A stretch of 64,000 nucleotides of DNA from Vulcanimicrobiota bacterium (GCA_963812155.1 CAWETW010000001.1:1-64000), one strand, 5' to 3'; numbered from the stretch's first letter, positions 10,060-19,879 are shown. The notes: generated by a model not told the origin, from the sequence alone. A program made the numbers and translations.

Positions 10060-11463
10060 TCACGCGCGGACGATCTCAGAACTGCTCGAGAGGAAGCTGA
10101 TGATATCTTGACGGGTCAGCACGCCGATCGGCTCGTTTTCATCGGCCACGACGATCGCCGGATTTGCAAGCGTCAGCAGTTTGTAGGCGCGTTCGATCTC
10201 GTCGTGCTGTTCGAGAATCGGAAACGCGCGCCCCATCACTTCGCCGACCGGTTGATGGAGGATGTCGGCGTGATCGAAGACCGCTTGCATCACGCCGACG
10301 TCATTGACGCTCCCGACGTGCTCGTGCCCGCGCATCACCGGGATCTGGGAAATTTCGTACTGCCGCAGCAGATCGAGCGCGGTCTTGACGGTGTCGTCGA
10401 ACTGCACCGTGATGAGCGACGGCAGCGGAGTTTTGGCGCGCAGAACGTCGCCGACCGTAGCCCGCCGCTTGGCATCGGCTAAAAATCCGTTGGCGATCAT
10501 CCAGTCGTCGCTGAAGATTTTCGACATGTAGCCGCGGCCCGAATCGGGGAAGATCACGACGACGATCGACTCCGGCGGTAGGGTTTGCGCGAGTTTGACG
10601 GCGGCGACCGCGGCGGTGCCCGACGATCCGCCGACCAAAAGCCCTTCTTCGCGCGTGATGCGCCGCGCGAGCAGAAACGACTCGCGATCGGAAACGCGGA
10701 TCACTTCGTCGATCACGCGCAAATCGACCGTCTCGGGCAAGTAATTCATGCCTATGCCCTCGACGTGATACGAGCGCGGGATATCGCCCGAATAGATCGA
10801 TCCCTCGGGATCGGCGCCGACGACGTGAATTTCGGGATTCTTCTCTTTTAGATACCGCGCGGTCCCGGAGATCGTCCCGCCCGTGCCGATGCCGGCAACG
10901 AAATGCGTGACCGTTCCGCGCGTCTGTTCCCAGATTTCCGGGCCGGTCGTGTGATAGTGCGCTTCCGGATTGAACTGATTGTGAAATTGATTGGGTTGAA
11001 ACGCCCCCGGAATCTCGGCGGCCAAGCGATTAGCGACCGCGTAGTACGATTCGGGCGAGTCCGCGGGAACGTTGGTCGGCGTGATCACGACGTCGGCGCC
11101 GTACGCCCGCAACAAGTCGATTTTTTCCTTCGACATCTTGTCGGGCATGACGAGAATGCACCGGTATCCGCGAATCGCCGCGGCCATCGCTAAGCCGGTG
11201 CCGGTGTTGCCGCTGGTCGGCTCGACGATCGTCCCGCCCGGCTTGAGCAGGCCGCGTTGTTCGGCGGCGTCGAGCATGGCGACCGCCGGGCGGTCCTTCA
11301 CGCTCCCGCCGGGATTCATGTATTCGACTTTGGCGAGCACCAGGCAGCCGGCGTCGCCCGTTACTTTGTTGAGCCGAACGAGCGGCGTATGACCGATCGC
11401 TTCGAGAGCATTGCGGCAGTACGCCGGGCCGAGCGCGCGCTCGTCGCGCGCAGTGGTGGACAT
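10060..11463 (-). CDS. cbs: Cystathionine beta-synthase with C-terminal CBS domains
   Basis: KVEYMNPGGSVKDR, EPTSGNTG, GIGTGGT, PDSGRGYMSK plus a CBS pair; adjacent to the cystathionine lyase. Confidence 0.92.
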   Translation of the reverse strand: MSTTARDERALGPAYCRNALEAIGHTPLVRLNKVTGDAGCLVLAKVEYMNPGGSVKDRPAVAMLDAAEQRGLLKPGGTIVEPTSGNTGTGLAMAAAIRGYRCILVMPDKMSKEKIDLLRAYGADVVITPTNVPADSPESYYAVANRLAAEIPGAFQPNQFHNQFNPEAHYHTTGPEIWEQTRGTVTHFVAGIGTGGTISGTARYLKEKNPEIHVVGADPEGSIYSGDIPRSYHVEGIGMNYLPETVDLRVIDEVIRVSDRESFLLARRITREEGLLVGGSSGTAAVAAVKLAQTLPPESIVVVIFPDSGRGYMSKIFSDDWMIANGFLADAKRRATVGDVLRAKTPLPSLITVQFDDTVKTALDLLRQYEISQIPVMRGHEHVGSVNDVGVMQAVFDHADILHQPVGEVMGRAFPILEQHDEIERAYKLLTLANPAIVVADENEPIGVLTRQDIISFLSSSSEIVRA

Positions 11464-11500
11464 AGGAGCGCGGCCTTCCGCGCGGCGAACAGGTTCACCT

Positions 11501-11845
11501 ATGAAGGCACTACGCACGACCGTCGCCGCACTCGCGCTGCTGCTTTCGGCAGCGGCGTGCAATAGCGATGCGCTGCCGCCGGCGTCGGGCGTCACGACCG
11601 TCTCGGGAGTCGTCACCGATGGTGCCAGCAATAAACCCGTCGCGGGAGCCGTTGTAACCGTGGATACGGTATTGACCGCAACGACCGATGCGAGCGGTAA
11701 GTTCTCGATCGACAAAGTGCCGAGCGGCATCGTCGATTACACGATACAGGCCACCGGATATCAAGTCGTCGTTTCGACGGCGAACGTCGAACCCGGAAAA
11801 CCCTTCGAACTGGACGTTACCTTAGCCACCCAAGCAAGTCACTAG
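11501..11845 (+). CDS. Lipoprotein with carboxypeptidase-regulatory-like (transthyretin-like) domain
   Basis: Lipobox-like AAAC; SGVVTD...PVAGAVV...TTDASGKFSI...ATGY pattern. Confidence 0.75.
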   Translation: MKALRTTVAALALLLSAAACNSDALPPASGVTTVSGVVTDGASNKPVAGAVVTVDTVLTATTDASGKFSIDKVPSGIVDYTIQATGYQVVVSTANVEPGKPFELDVTLATQASH

Positions 11846-11884
11846 GAAGACCCGATTTATCAGCCCTTCCTGTTTGAGGATGGG

Positions 11885-13228
11885 TTACGTCGCGCCGGCG
11901 GGCGAGCGTCGATAGGCGCTGGCCGGCTTCATCAGCGTCGCGCGGCCGGCGACCGCGCGGTCGATGATCGCGACGACCGTGGTTGCCAGGCGATGCGGAT
12001 CGTGGCGGACGGTTTCCGTTTCGCTGATCACGGGCGCAGCGACGGGTTCGGCGCCGAGAGCGGCGATTCGATCGACGTCGGGATGCACCGGAACCTGCCC
12101 TTCCTGCGCGTAGGCTTCGATGAGCCGCGACGGCGCTTCGTCGTTGACGACGACGTACTCACACACCCGCTCGCCCGCAACGCGGAAGAGCGCGTCGACG
12201 TGATCGGCGGCGCTCATTCCATCGGTTTCGCCCGGCTGCGTCATCACGTTGCAGACGTAGATCTTCACGGCATGCGCGTGAGCGACTTCGTGCGCGATCC
12301 GAGCGACTAAGAAGTTCGGGAGAATTGACGTGAACAGCGATCCAGGTCCGAGCACGATGGCGTCGGCGTCGCGAATCGCAGCGATGACTTCCTCCAGGGG
12401 CTCGGCCTTGCCCGGTTCGAAGAAGATGCGCTCGATCGGTTTTTTGACTTGGGAAATGTTCGATTCGCCTTCCACGATCGTGCCGTCGTCGAGTTCGGCG
12501 CAGAGCCGCACCACGCCGAGCGTCGCCGGCAAGACCCGTCCGACGATGTTGAGCACGCGGCTCGACTCCTTGATGGCGCGATCGAAGTTGCCGGTCACGC
12601 CGCTCATCGCCGCGAGAAAAAGATTTCCGAACGAATGTCCGCTGAGCCCCTCACCTTCGGTGAAGCGGAAGCGGAAGAGGTCGGTAACGAGCGCTTCGTC
12701 GTCGGCGAGCGCGACCAGGCAGTTGCGAACGTCGCCGGGCGGCAACACGCCGAGTTCTTTTTGCAGCCGTCCCGAGGAGCCGCCGTCGTCGCTCACCGTT
12801 ACGACGGCGGTGAGGTTGCTCGTGCGCCGCTTCAAACCGCGCAATAACGTCGAAAGGCCGGTGCCGCCGCCGATCGCGACGATTTTATATCCCTGCTGTA
12901 ACCGCAAACCCGCGATGGTCGCACGCAATCCTTCCGGACTGCGGCTGCGCGCGATGCGCCCGACGGACTTCAGCCACATGCGGATGCCGACGGCGAGGAG
13001 CCCGATTCCCGCCAGACCGAAGATCCACGTGAGATATGCCGGTGGAAAATAGTCGTCGACGATGTCGTCGACAATCGCGTTGATGTCGATGCCGACGCCT
13101 TCGGCGATCAACCATCGCAATAGAGCGTCGAGCAGCAAGATGATGCCGATGACGGCGAGCACCGCCCAGCGCTTGATCCCCAAGCCGGGCAACAGCCATT
13201 GGAACCAGCCAGCGACGCGCTTACTCAA
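11885..13228 (-). CDS. yvcK: Gluconeogenesis factor YvcK/GlmR with N-terminal TM region
   Basis: IGGGTGL, DDGGSSGRL, PPGDVRNC, GHSFGNL, GPGSLFTS, NVMTQPGET; TTG start overlaps the rapZ stop. Confidence 0.93.
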   Translation of the reverse strand: MSKRVAGWFQWLLPGLGIKRWAVLAVIGIILLLDALLRWLIAEGVGIDINAIVDDIVDDYFPPAYLTWIFGLAGIGLLAVGIRMWLKSVGRIARSRSPEGLRATIAGLRLQQGYKIVAIGGGTGLSTLLRGLKRRTSNLTAVVTVSDDGGSSGRLQKELGVLPPGDVRNCLVALADDEALVTDLFRFRFTEGEGLSGHSFGNLFLAAMSGVTGNFDRAIKESSRVLNIVGRVLPATLGVVRLCAELDDGTIVEGESNISQVKKPIERIFFEPGKAEPLEEVIAAIRDADAIVLGPGSLFTSILPNFLVARIAHEVAHAHAVKIYVCNVMTQPGETDGMSAADHVDALFRVAGERVCEYVVVNDEAPSRLIEAYAQEGQVPVHPDVDRIAALGAEPVAAPVISETETVRHDPHRLATTVVAIIDRAVAGRATLMKPASAYRRSPAGAT

Positions 13229-14082
13229 GAGCGTTGCACATCGCGCGCTTCGAACGCGAGCTCGAGACGCGAGTCGGCGCCGATGTCCTCGGACAGACGC
13301 CGCGCGACGTAGACCGAGCGGTGGCGTCCGCCGGTGCACCCGATGCCGACGGTAAGGTGCGTCTTGCCTTCGGCGACGTAGCGCGGCAGCAAAAATGCCA
13401 GCAAATCGGCAGTCTTCGCGAGGAACGGCTCGAGAGCCGGGTCATCGGCAATGAATGCGGCGACGGGTGCGTCGTTCCCCGTCAGCGGCGCAAGTTCGGC
13501 GACATAGTTCGGATTGCGCAGAAAGCGCACGTCGAAAAGGAGATCGAGATCGGCGGGCAGCCCGTATTTGAATCCAAACGCTACGATGACGACGGTGAGC
13601 CGCGGCGGCCGTTCGGCAGCAAATGCCGCCGCGACGCGTTCTTTCAACGCAGCGTGCGTGAGCGTGCTCGTGTCGATGACGACGCTCGCGCGCTCGCGCA
13701 ACGGCGCGAGCGTCCGGCGGTCGGCCGCGATCGCTTCGCGCATCGAACCGGCCCGATAGAAAGGATGGCGGCGCCGCGTCGTGCTAAAGCGGCGCACGAG
13801 CACGGCGTCGTGTGAGTCGAGGAAGAGCAATCGCGCCCCGTGCCGTTCGACCGCTTCGTCGATTGCAGCGAGCGGCTCGCCGAGATGGCGGCCGGTTCTG
13901 ACGTCGAGCGCGATCGCGACGTCGCGAATGCCGGCGTCACCGAGCGACTCAATTGCCGGAGCGAGGAGCACGGGAGGAAGGTGCTCGATGCAGTAAAAGC
14001 CCAAGTCCTCGAAGGATTTCATGGCTTGGCTCTGGCCGGCACCGGAGGGTCCGGCAACCAAAACGATACGCGGCGGACTCAT
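13225..14082 (-). CDS. rapZ: RNase adapter RapZ/YvcJ
   Basis: GPSGAGQS P-loop (K replaced by Q), FEDLGFYC, RRRHP, FGFKYG, DVRFLRNP, GCTGGRHRSV. Confidence 0.93.
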   Translation of the reverse strand: MSPPRIVLVAGPSGAGQSQAMKSFEDLGFYCIEHLPPVLLAPAIESLGDAGIRDVAIALDVRTGRHLGEPLAAIDEAVERHGARLLFLDSHDAVLVRRFSTTRRRHPFYRAGSMREAIAADRRTLAPLRERASVVIDTSTLTHAALKERVAAAFAAERPPRLTVVIVAFGFKYGLPADLDLLFDVRFLRNPNYVAELAPLTGNDAPVAAFIADDPALEPFLAKTADLLAFLLPRYVAEGKTHLTVGIGCTGGRHRSVYVARRLSEDIGADSRLELAFEARDVQRS

Positions 14083-14481
14083 ATGAAGTTCTTTTCACCC
14101 GACCGGGCGAGCGCACTGATTCCCAAACTAACACCGCTCGTCGGTGAACTGCTTGCGAAGCGACGCGAACTCGCCATCAAACTCCTCGAATCGGATCCCT
14201 CGCTGCAACATGCCGATCGCCCCCAGGCCCCACGGTTGGCCGGCGTACGTTCGCCGTTTCCTCCGCCGGTCTTCGGCGAACTCAAACTCGAAATCCACCG
14301 TCTGATCCAGCGCATCGAATCGCTCGGGTGCATCGTGAAAGACATCGACCTTGGATTGGTCGATTTTCCGTCGAGCCTCGACGGAGAACCGGTCTATCTT
14401 TGCTGGAAGTTCGGCGAGCCGGTCGTGGCCTACTGGCATGGGCCCGACGAAGGCTTTTCGGGACGCCGCCGGTTAGCGTAG
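14083..14481 (+). CDS. DUF2203-family protein
   Basis: VKDIDLGLVDFP...VYLCWKFGE...YWH...GFSGRR signature. Confidence 0.85.
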   Translation: MKFFSPDRASALIPKLTPLVGELLAKRRELAIKLLESDPSLQHADRPQAPRLAGVRSPFPPPVFGELKLEIHRLIQRIESLGCIVKDIDLGLVDFPSSLDGEPVYLCWKFGEPVVAYWHGPDEGFSGRRRLA

Positions 14482-14484
14482 CGC

Positions 14485-14886
14485 CTAAACCGGGGCGCTT
14501 GCCTCGGCCGGAAGAAAATCCTCGGCCAATCCCTGAAGGCGCACTTCGCCGAATTCGGCGGTGTAAGCGCCGGCATCGGCACCGGTAATCTCGCCGACTT
14601 CGGGCACGTCCGCCAATTGAGGAATCTTGGCGCGGATCTCATCGGGAATCCTGACGCGGTCGCCGACGGCAAGGGTGCCTTTATCGAACAATCCGTTGAG
14701 GCTTTCGAGCAGCATCGGTAGCGGAATGCCGTAGTCTTCGCTGATTGCGCCGATCGTGTGGCTCTCGCTGATCGCACAGTTCGAGCAGCCGCCGAGATGG
14801 AAGCTCGCAAAGACCCGGCGCGCGCCGGCGTGCAAGTGGAAAGCCTGGTCCACGGTCATGTCGGGGGTAAAATGTTGTTCGCTCAC
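14485..14886 (-). CDS. Small Cys-motif protein (DUF1858-like N-terminus plus short beta domain)
   Basis: FTPDMTV...VFASFHLGGCSNCAI...HTIG...YGI...LLESLN pattern. Confidence 0.6.
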   Translation of the reverse strand: MSEQHFTPDMTVDQAFHLHAGARRVFASFHLGGCSNCAISESHTIGAISEDYGIPLPMLLESLNGLFDKGTLAVGDRVRIPDEIRAKIPQLADVPEVGEITGADAGAYTAEFGEVRLQGLAEDFLPAEASAPV

Positions 14887-14949
14887 GGTGCTCTCTTTCG
14901 GTGTAATCGGGACGCAGGCCCATCGAGTTGCAGAAGTTCGGCAAGGTTG

Positions 14950-15423
14950 CGGGGAGGCGCGCCGTAAGCCGGATTCTGTCTCCGCGATTGCTCGCAGTGG
15001 ACGGCCATCTATCTGGGATGCGCGTTACCGCGCACCTCGTTGCGACATAACTCGTTCGGACGGGCGATCCGCCTCGGAAATCCGAGGTAGCCGAGCGGTC
15101 TTGCTTCGAGTGGGGTTTACCCGAGGCCGCGTTACCGCGGCGCTCCGTGAGCTCTTACCTCACGATTTCACCCTTACCCCAAAAAAGTTGCACTTTTTTG
15201 GGGACCCCGTTTGTTTTAAAAGGCGCTCCGGCGCTTTGCGCCTGCGCGCCCCCCAGCGGCAAAGCCGCCGGGGCCCCCAAATCACGCTGCAGTTTTAAGG
15301 GGCGGTATGTCTCTGTGGCACTTTCCTTCGAGTTGCCCCGACAGGACGTTATCCTGCACCCTGCCCTGTGAAGCCCGGACTTTCCTCACCCTTGCGGGCG
15401 CGGCCGTCTAGCGCGCTTCCCCG
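14950..15423 (-). ncRNA. rnpB: RNase P RNA (type A) with expanded P12
   Basis: Universal motifs GAGGAAAGTCCGGGC, GAAAGTGCCACAGA, AAGGGTGAAA, GGTAAACCCC and ACAGAATCCGGCTTA; P1 GGGGAAGCGCGC pairs with GCGCGCCTCCCC. Confidence 0.96.
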
Positions 15424-15427
15424 GGCC

Positions 15428-15436
15428 ACTATAGCA
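15428..15436 (-). promoter_or_regulatory. Extended -10 promoter of rnpB
   Basis: TGCTATAGT a few nt upstream of the RNase P 5' end. Confidence 0.7.
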
Positions 15437-15458
15437 CACGCCGCCGATGACGGGCCGA

Positions 15459-15534
15459 TGGTGGAGGCAAGGAGACTCGAACTCCTGACCCTCACGCTGC
15501 CAGCGTGATGCTCTACCAACTGAGCTATGCCCCC
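15459..15534 (-). tRNA. tRNA-Ala(GGC)
   Basis: GGGGGCA/TGCCTCC acceptor with G3:U70, anticodon arm TCACG-CTGGCAG-CGTGA, encoded CCA. Confidence 0.96.
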
Positions 15535-15648
15535 GCCGAGCCGCCCCTATTCACGCAGGCAACCCTGAGTCCTTTGGTCGCGCCGCTGCCGCCCGGAGGG
15601 TGTCCGTGTAGGGTTCGCGCAGGGGCGAACGAAAGTGCGGCGCCGCCC

Positions 15649-15724
15649 GGGGATGTAGCTCAGCTGGTAGAGCATCTGCTTTGCATGTAGAGGGTCAGGG
15701 GTTCGAGTCCCCTCATCTCCACCA
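15649..15724 (+). tRNA. tRNA-Ala(TGC)
   Basis: GGGGATG/CATCTCC acceptor with G3:U70, anticodon arm TCTGC-TTTGCAT-GTAGA, encoded CCA. Confidence 0.96.
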
Positions 15725-15959
15725 AATCGGCGCGCCGCGAAACGTTGCATTTCCTAGGCTGCGGGAAACGTCAAGCTGGCGCCCTCTCGCGTTCCCCGAT
15801 CACAATCTTTCGCGCGATACATCCGGCGACTACGCGCAATTTTTTAACGGTACTTCTGCCGGAAGTGATTGTCATCAATTTATTGAGCAAGGTGAATCTT
15901 GCGTTTCGCATGAAGCGCAGCAATACGCTTGCGCAGGTTATCGTTGCCGAGGAGTGTCC

Positions 15960-17381
15960 ATGAAGCGACTCGCCGTGTTCTTCGTTGCCTTGTTGGCGAC
16001 GGCGTGCAGTTCGTCGAATCAACAGTCGTCCGGAATCCCCGCCGCTCCGCGGACTTCGATGCTGCGCAACGGTTCTTCGTACCCGATCTCGCACGTCGTC
16101 GTGATCATGCAGGAGAACCGCAGCTTCGACAATTTCTTTCACGGTTTTCCTCACGCCGACAGCGCGTCGTCAGGTTACGGTCACGGCGTGAAGTATACGC
16201 TGGTCTCCAAACCGTTGAAGTGGACCTTCGATCCTAACCACTACCGCTATCAATTTCTAGAAGACTACGACGGCGGGAAGAACGACGGTTGGGATCAACT
16301 GATTCGCGGAGAAGTGCAGTCGTCGCAGTGCACGAAGTACTCGTACCAGTGGGTGAATCATCCGTCGTGCTGGTGGATCTGGAGCGGGAAAACCTACCAG
16401 CAGATGGCCTTCTCTTACGTCCAGAAATCCGACATCCAGCCATACTGGACCATGGCCACGCAATACACCCTGGGCGACCACAACTTCGCGTCGACGAACG
16501 GTCCGAGTTATGGGCCTCACTTAGAACTCGTCGCCGGCCAGGCAGGGCATGCCGACGAGGTGCCCAGTGCGATGCCGTGGGGCTGCGATGCGGATGAGTG
16601 GGAGTATTACCTTCACTACGGGCAAGCCAGCCCGCCCGAATTCCCGGCCATCTTCGGGCACGACGAGAAAGGCCCGAAGCCGTGCTTCACGTTTACGAGC
16701 GTCGCAAAGCATTTAGATGCCGCCAAGGTTTCGTGGCGCTGGTATCTGCAGCCCAGATCGTCCGGCGACTCGTTCTGGCTCAACGCTTTCGATTCCATCA
16801 AACAAGTGCGTTACGGTTCCGACTACAACAACGTCGTCACGCCGGATTGGCAAGTGCTCACCGACATCGCCGACAACAACCTCGCGCAGGTTTCCTGGAT
16901 AATGCCGCACGGCGGCGCTTCCGATCATGCGGGCGGCGGATCGGGCAACTGTGGCCCGGCGTGGATCACGGCAATCGTCAACGCGATCGGTCAGAGCCAG
17001 TACTGGAACAGTACGGCGATCGTCATCACGTGGGACGAGTGGGGCGGCTGGTTCGACCACGTCGTGCCGCCACAGTACCCGAACCCAAAAACCGGCGCCT
17101 ACGAGGGGCTCGGCTACCGTACGCCGCTGATCATCGTCTCGCCATACGCTAAGACGCATTACGTGTCGAAGTCGCAACACGAAACCGCGTCGGCACTGCA
17201 CTTCATCGAGAAGATGTTCGGCTTGCCGTCGTTGAATCAAGACGACGCGCGGGCCGATGCCTACAACGACGTTTTCAACTTTTCGCAGGAGCCGACGAAG
17301 TTCAAGAAAATTGCCCAGCCGGCGAATTATCAGACCTGCATGCAACAGCAGCAGAACGCCGGACCGGAGATTGATTACTAG
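15960..17381 (+). CDS. Phosphoesterase-family lipoprotein (phospholipase C/AcpA acid phosphatase superfamily)
   Basis: GAGGAG SD; lipobox LATAC; HVVVIMQENRSFDN, SDH, TWDEWGGWFDHV, LGYRTPLIIVSPYA. Confidence 0.9.
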   Translation: MKRLAVFFVALLATACSSSNQQSSGIPAAPRTSMLRNGSSYPISHVVVIMQENRSFDNFFHGFPHADSASSGYGHGVKYTLVSKPLKWTFDPNHYRYQFLEDYDGGKNDGWDQLIRGEVQSSQCTKYSYQWVNHPSCWWIWSGKTYQQMAFSYVQKSDIQPYWTMATQYTLGDHNFASTNGPSYGPHLELVAGQAGHADEVPSAMPWGCDADEWEYYLHYGQASPPEFPAIFGHDEKGPKPCFTFTSVAKHLDAAKVSWRWYLQPRSSGDSFWLNAFDSIKQVRYGSDYNNVVTPDWQVLTDIADNNLAQVSWIMPHGGASDHAGGGSGNCGPAWITAIVNAIGQSQYWNSTAIVITWDEWGGWFDHVVPPQYPNPKTGAYEGLGYRTPLIIVSPYAKTHYVSKSQHETASALHFIEKMFGLPSLNQDDARADAYNDVFNFSQEPTKFKKIAQPANYQTCMQQQQNAGPEIDY

Positions 17382-18845
17382 ATGAAGGATGGAAGCCCCG
17401 TGACCCTCTTGCGCGTTGTCGCACTGTCGCTGGCAGCGTCGCTGCCGGCGGCATGCTCGGGTTGGTTTGGAACGGCCCCCCAGGCTCAGCGTTCTCTCGC
17501 AAGCAGCGTGCTCCACGCCGGCGGCTCGAGTCCCATCAAGCACGTGATCGTCATCATTCAGGAGAATCGCACCTTCGACAACATCTTCCACGGGTTTCCG
17601 GGGGCGGATACGGTCGATACCGGCAAAGGCAAAGACGGGAAGACCTACACGCTTGACGCTATCCCGCTGCAATACACGAGGCTCGATCCTCGGCACGACC
17701 ATCCGCAGTTCTTGGAGGATTACGACCAGGGAAAAGACGACGGCTTCGACCAGCAAATCGTCAAGTTTCGAACGGGATCGGGCTGCTCGGACCCTATCAA
17801 CCACCCGTCGTGCTGGGTGATATCCAAAACGCAGACGCAGACGATCTATTCGTACGTACAGCAGTCCGACGTGCAGCAGTACTGGGACCTCGCGCAGCAG
17901 TACGCGATGGGCGACAAAGCATTCGCTTCCAATAGCGGACCTACGTACGTCGCGCACCAGTATTTGATCGCGGGTGAATCCGGGCACGCATCGGAAGTTC
18001 CGTCGGCACAGCCGTGGGGTTGCGGCGGGCCGCCCAGCGAAACCGTAGACCTTCTCGCGTACGGTCAAGCGAGTCCGCCCGTGTTCTCGAAAGCGACGGG
18101 CCACGAAGTGCCCGGACCGTTCCCGTGCTTCACGTATCCGACGATCGCCGATAATCTCGATAGCGCCGGCGTCTCCTGGAATTACTATGTCGAAGCGCAG
18201 AACCCCGGCGGCAATCTTAATGGGTTTGCGGCAATCCAACAAATCTACAAAGGCCCCGACTGGAAGAACATGAGGTCGCCCGATACGAAAATCTTCGATG
18301 ACATCACGAATAAACAACTCGCAAGCGTTTCGTGGATCATGCCTTCGGGCAGCAACTCCGATCACGCAGGTCCGCAGTCGGGCAATAAGGGACCTTCATG
18401 GGTGGCGTCGATCGCGAATGCGATCGGCCAGAGCTCGTATTGGAACAGCACCGCGATCATCGTCATGTGGGACGACTGGGGCGGCTGGTACGATCACGTC
18501 CATCCTCCGCAATATCCCGACCCGCAGACGAAAGCGCGAGAAGGCTTGGGCTTCCGCGTACCGCTGATCGTTATCTCGCCGTACGCCAAGCCGGGCTACA
18601 TCTCGCACAATCAGCACGAAATCGCCGGCACGCTGAATTTCATTGAAGAGACGTTCGGCCTAGGCCTTGTAGGAGCGGGCACGGGAAAAACCTATGCCGA
18701 TCAGCGCGTCGTAAAATATCACGAGCAGTTCGACGATATGTTCGATTATACGCAGAGACCGCTGCACTACAAAAGAATTGCCGTAAAATACGACGCACGT
18801 TACTTTTTAACGCATCCCGACAATACACCGGCAGATAGCTATTAA
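17382..18845 (+). CDS. Phosphoesterase-family lipoprotein, tandem paralog
   Basis: HVIVIIQENRTFDN, WDDWGGWYDHV, LGFRVPLIVISPYAK. Confidence 0.9.
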   Translation: MKDGSPVTLLRVVALSLAASLPAACSGWFGTAPQAQRSLASSVLHAGGSSPIKHVIVIIQENRTFDNIFHGFPGADTVDTGKGKDGKTYTLDAIPLQYTRLDPRHDHPQFLEDYDQGKDDGFDQQIVKFRTGSGCSDPINHPSCWVISKTQTQTIYSYVQQSDVQQYWDLAQQYAMGDKAFASNSGPTYVAHQYLIAGESGHASEVPSAQPWGCGGPPSETVDLLAYGQASPPVFSKATGHEVPGPFPCFTYPTIADNLDSAGVSWNYYVEAQNPGGNLNGFAAIQQIYKGPDWKNMRSPDTKIFDDITNKQLASVSWIMPSGSNSDHAGPQSGNKGPSWVASIANAIGQSSYWNSTAIIVMWDDWGGWYDHVHPPQYPDPQTKAREGLGFRVPLIVISPYAKPGYISHNQHEIAGTLNFIEETFGLGLVGAGTGKTYADQRVVKYHEQFDDMFDYTQRPLHYKRIAVKYDARYFLTHPDNTPADSY

Positions 18846-19177
18846 CTCTGCCATGGTGACAGCATGCGCAGCGAGAAATCGGCGACGCATGCGTTCCTGT
18901 TTCCGCATGCTCGGACCATTGCTACTGTGCGCGAGCACGCGCTGACGCTGCGTTACGGCGATACGGATTCACCCGTGAATTCACCGAGGCGACGACGCAT
19001 AACCGTATCGTCGCACTCTTTCAGGAGGGGCTGGCGGCCGACGAACTCGCGCGTCTTGGCATAGAGGGCGCTGCACTTAGGCCCGCGGCTGCGGTCGCAC
19101 TCGCGCTTGCGGACACGACTCGAACGTCTCGAACGTAGGGACAGGCTCGGCCGGCGCTGCCACCGTATCTTGGCAAC

Positions 19178-19552
19178 ATGTCGGAATCGCACGACCGCCA
19201 TCATCACCACGCGAGCGAAGTGCCGGTCGAGCAGCGACTCGCTGCCATGTTCACGCATATCCTCGGCGGGCTGTTCCTGTTTGTGCCGGGGCTCATCGTC
19301 TGGCTGCGAACGCGCAGAGATCCTGTCGACTCGTGGCTGGCTCACCAAGCGAAGGAGGCGCTCAATTTTCAATACACGTTGACGGGCGCGTTTTGCGTTT
19401 GCGCGATGTTCGGCTGGGCGGCGCCGCGGCCGGCCTTCTGGCTCTTCGCGATCGTGCTCGCGTTCGACTGGCTATTCTCCCTTATCGCCGCCATCAGATC
19501 CGCGTTCGGCGAACGCTATGTCTACCCCGTGAAGCTCACGATCATCCGATAG
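19178..19552 (+). CDS. DUF4870-family membrane protein
   Basis: AMFTH...LIVW...HQAKEALNFQ...GERYVYP signature. Confidence 0.85.
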   Translation: MSESHDRHHHHASEVPVEQRLAAMFTHILGGLFLFVPGLIVWLRTRRDPVDSWLAHQAKEALNFQYTLTGAFCVCAMFGWAAPRPAFWLFAIVLAFDWLFSLIAAIRSAFGERYVYPVKLTIIR

Positions 19553-19879
19553 TTTCCGTGTCTACTCCAAACGCCCACGCCGCCGGCGGCGATCACGTCC
19601 CGTGAGCGGCGTTCCGATCGTTGCCACTTCGTCTGGAGTCCCGGCGCGCCGCGCGGCCGATCCCTCCGATAGCCTGCACCGCGCGGCCCAGTGAGTTCGT
19701 GAATAAAACCCGTGACGTCGCCGCGAGCCGTGGCTGCTTGGACGAGCGCACGCACGCCCTGGCGAAAAGCTCGCTGTTTATTGTTTTTGGTACTGCCCAA
19801 GAAGATGCGTGTGCCAAAACGTGCGCGCGCATGGCTCGAAGGTGACGGTTGCGCCGAAGATGCGTGCCGGGTCGCTCCT

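Noticed and set aside
16713..18365. Long antisense ORFs (also 9012..10037, 26384..27754, 39140..40519, 54743..55918)
   Set aside because: Shadows of well-supported genes on the opposite strand, common in high-GC DNA
18850..19140. Small gene or structured RNA after the phosphoesterases
   Set aside because: Only short broken ORFs and no recognisable RNA motif
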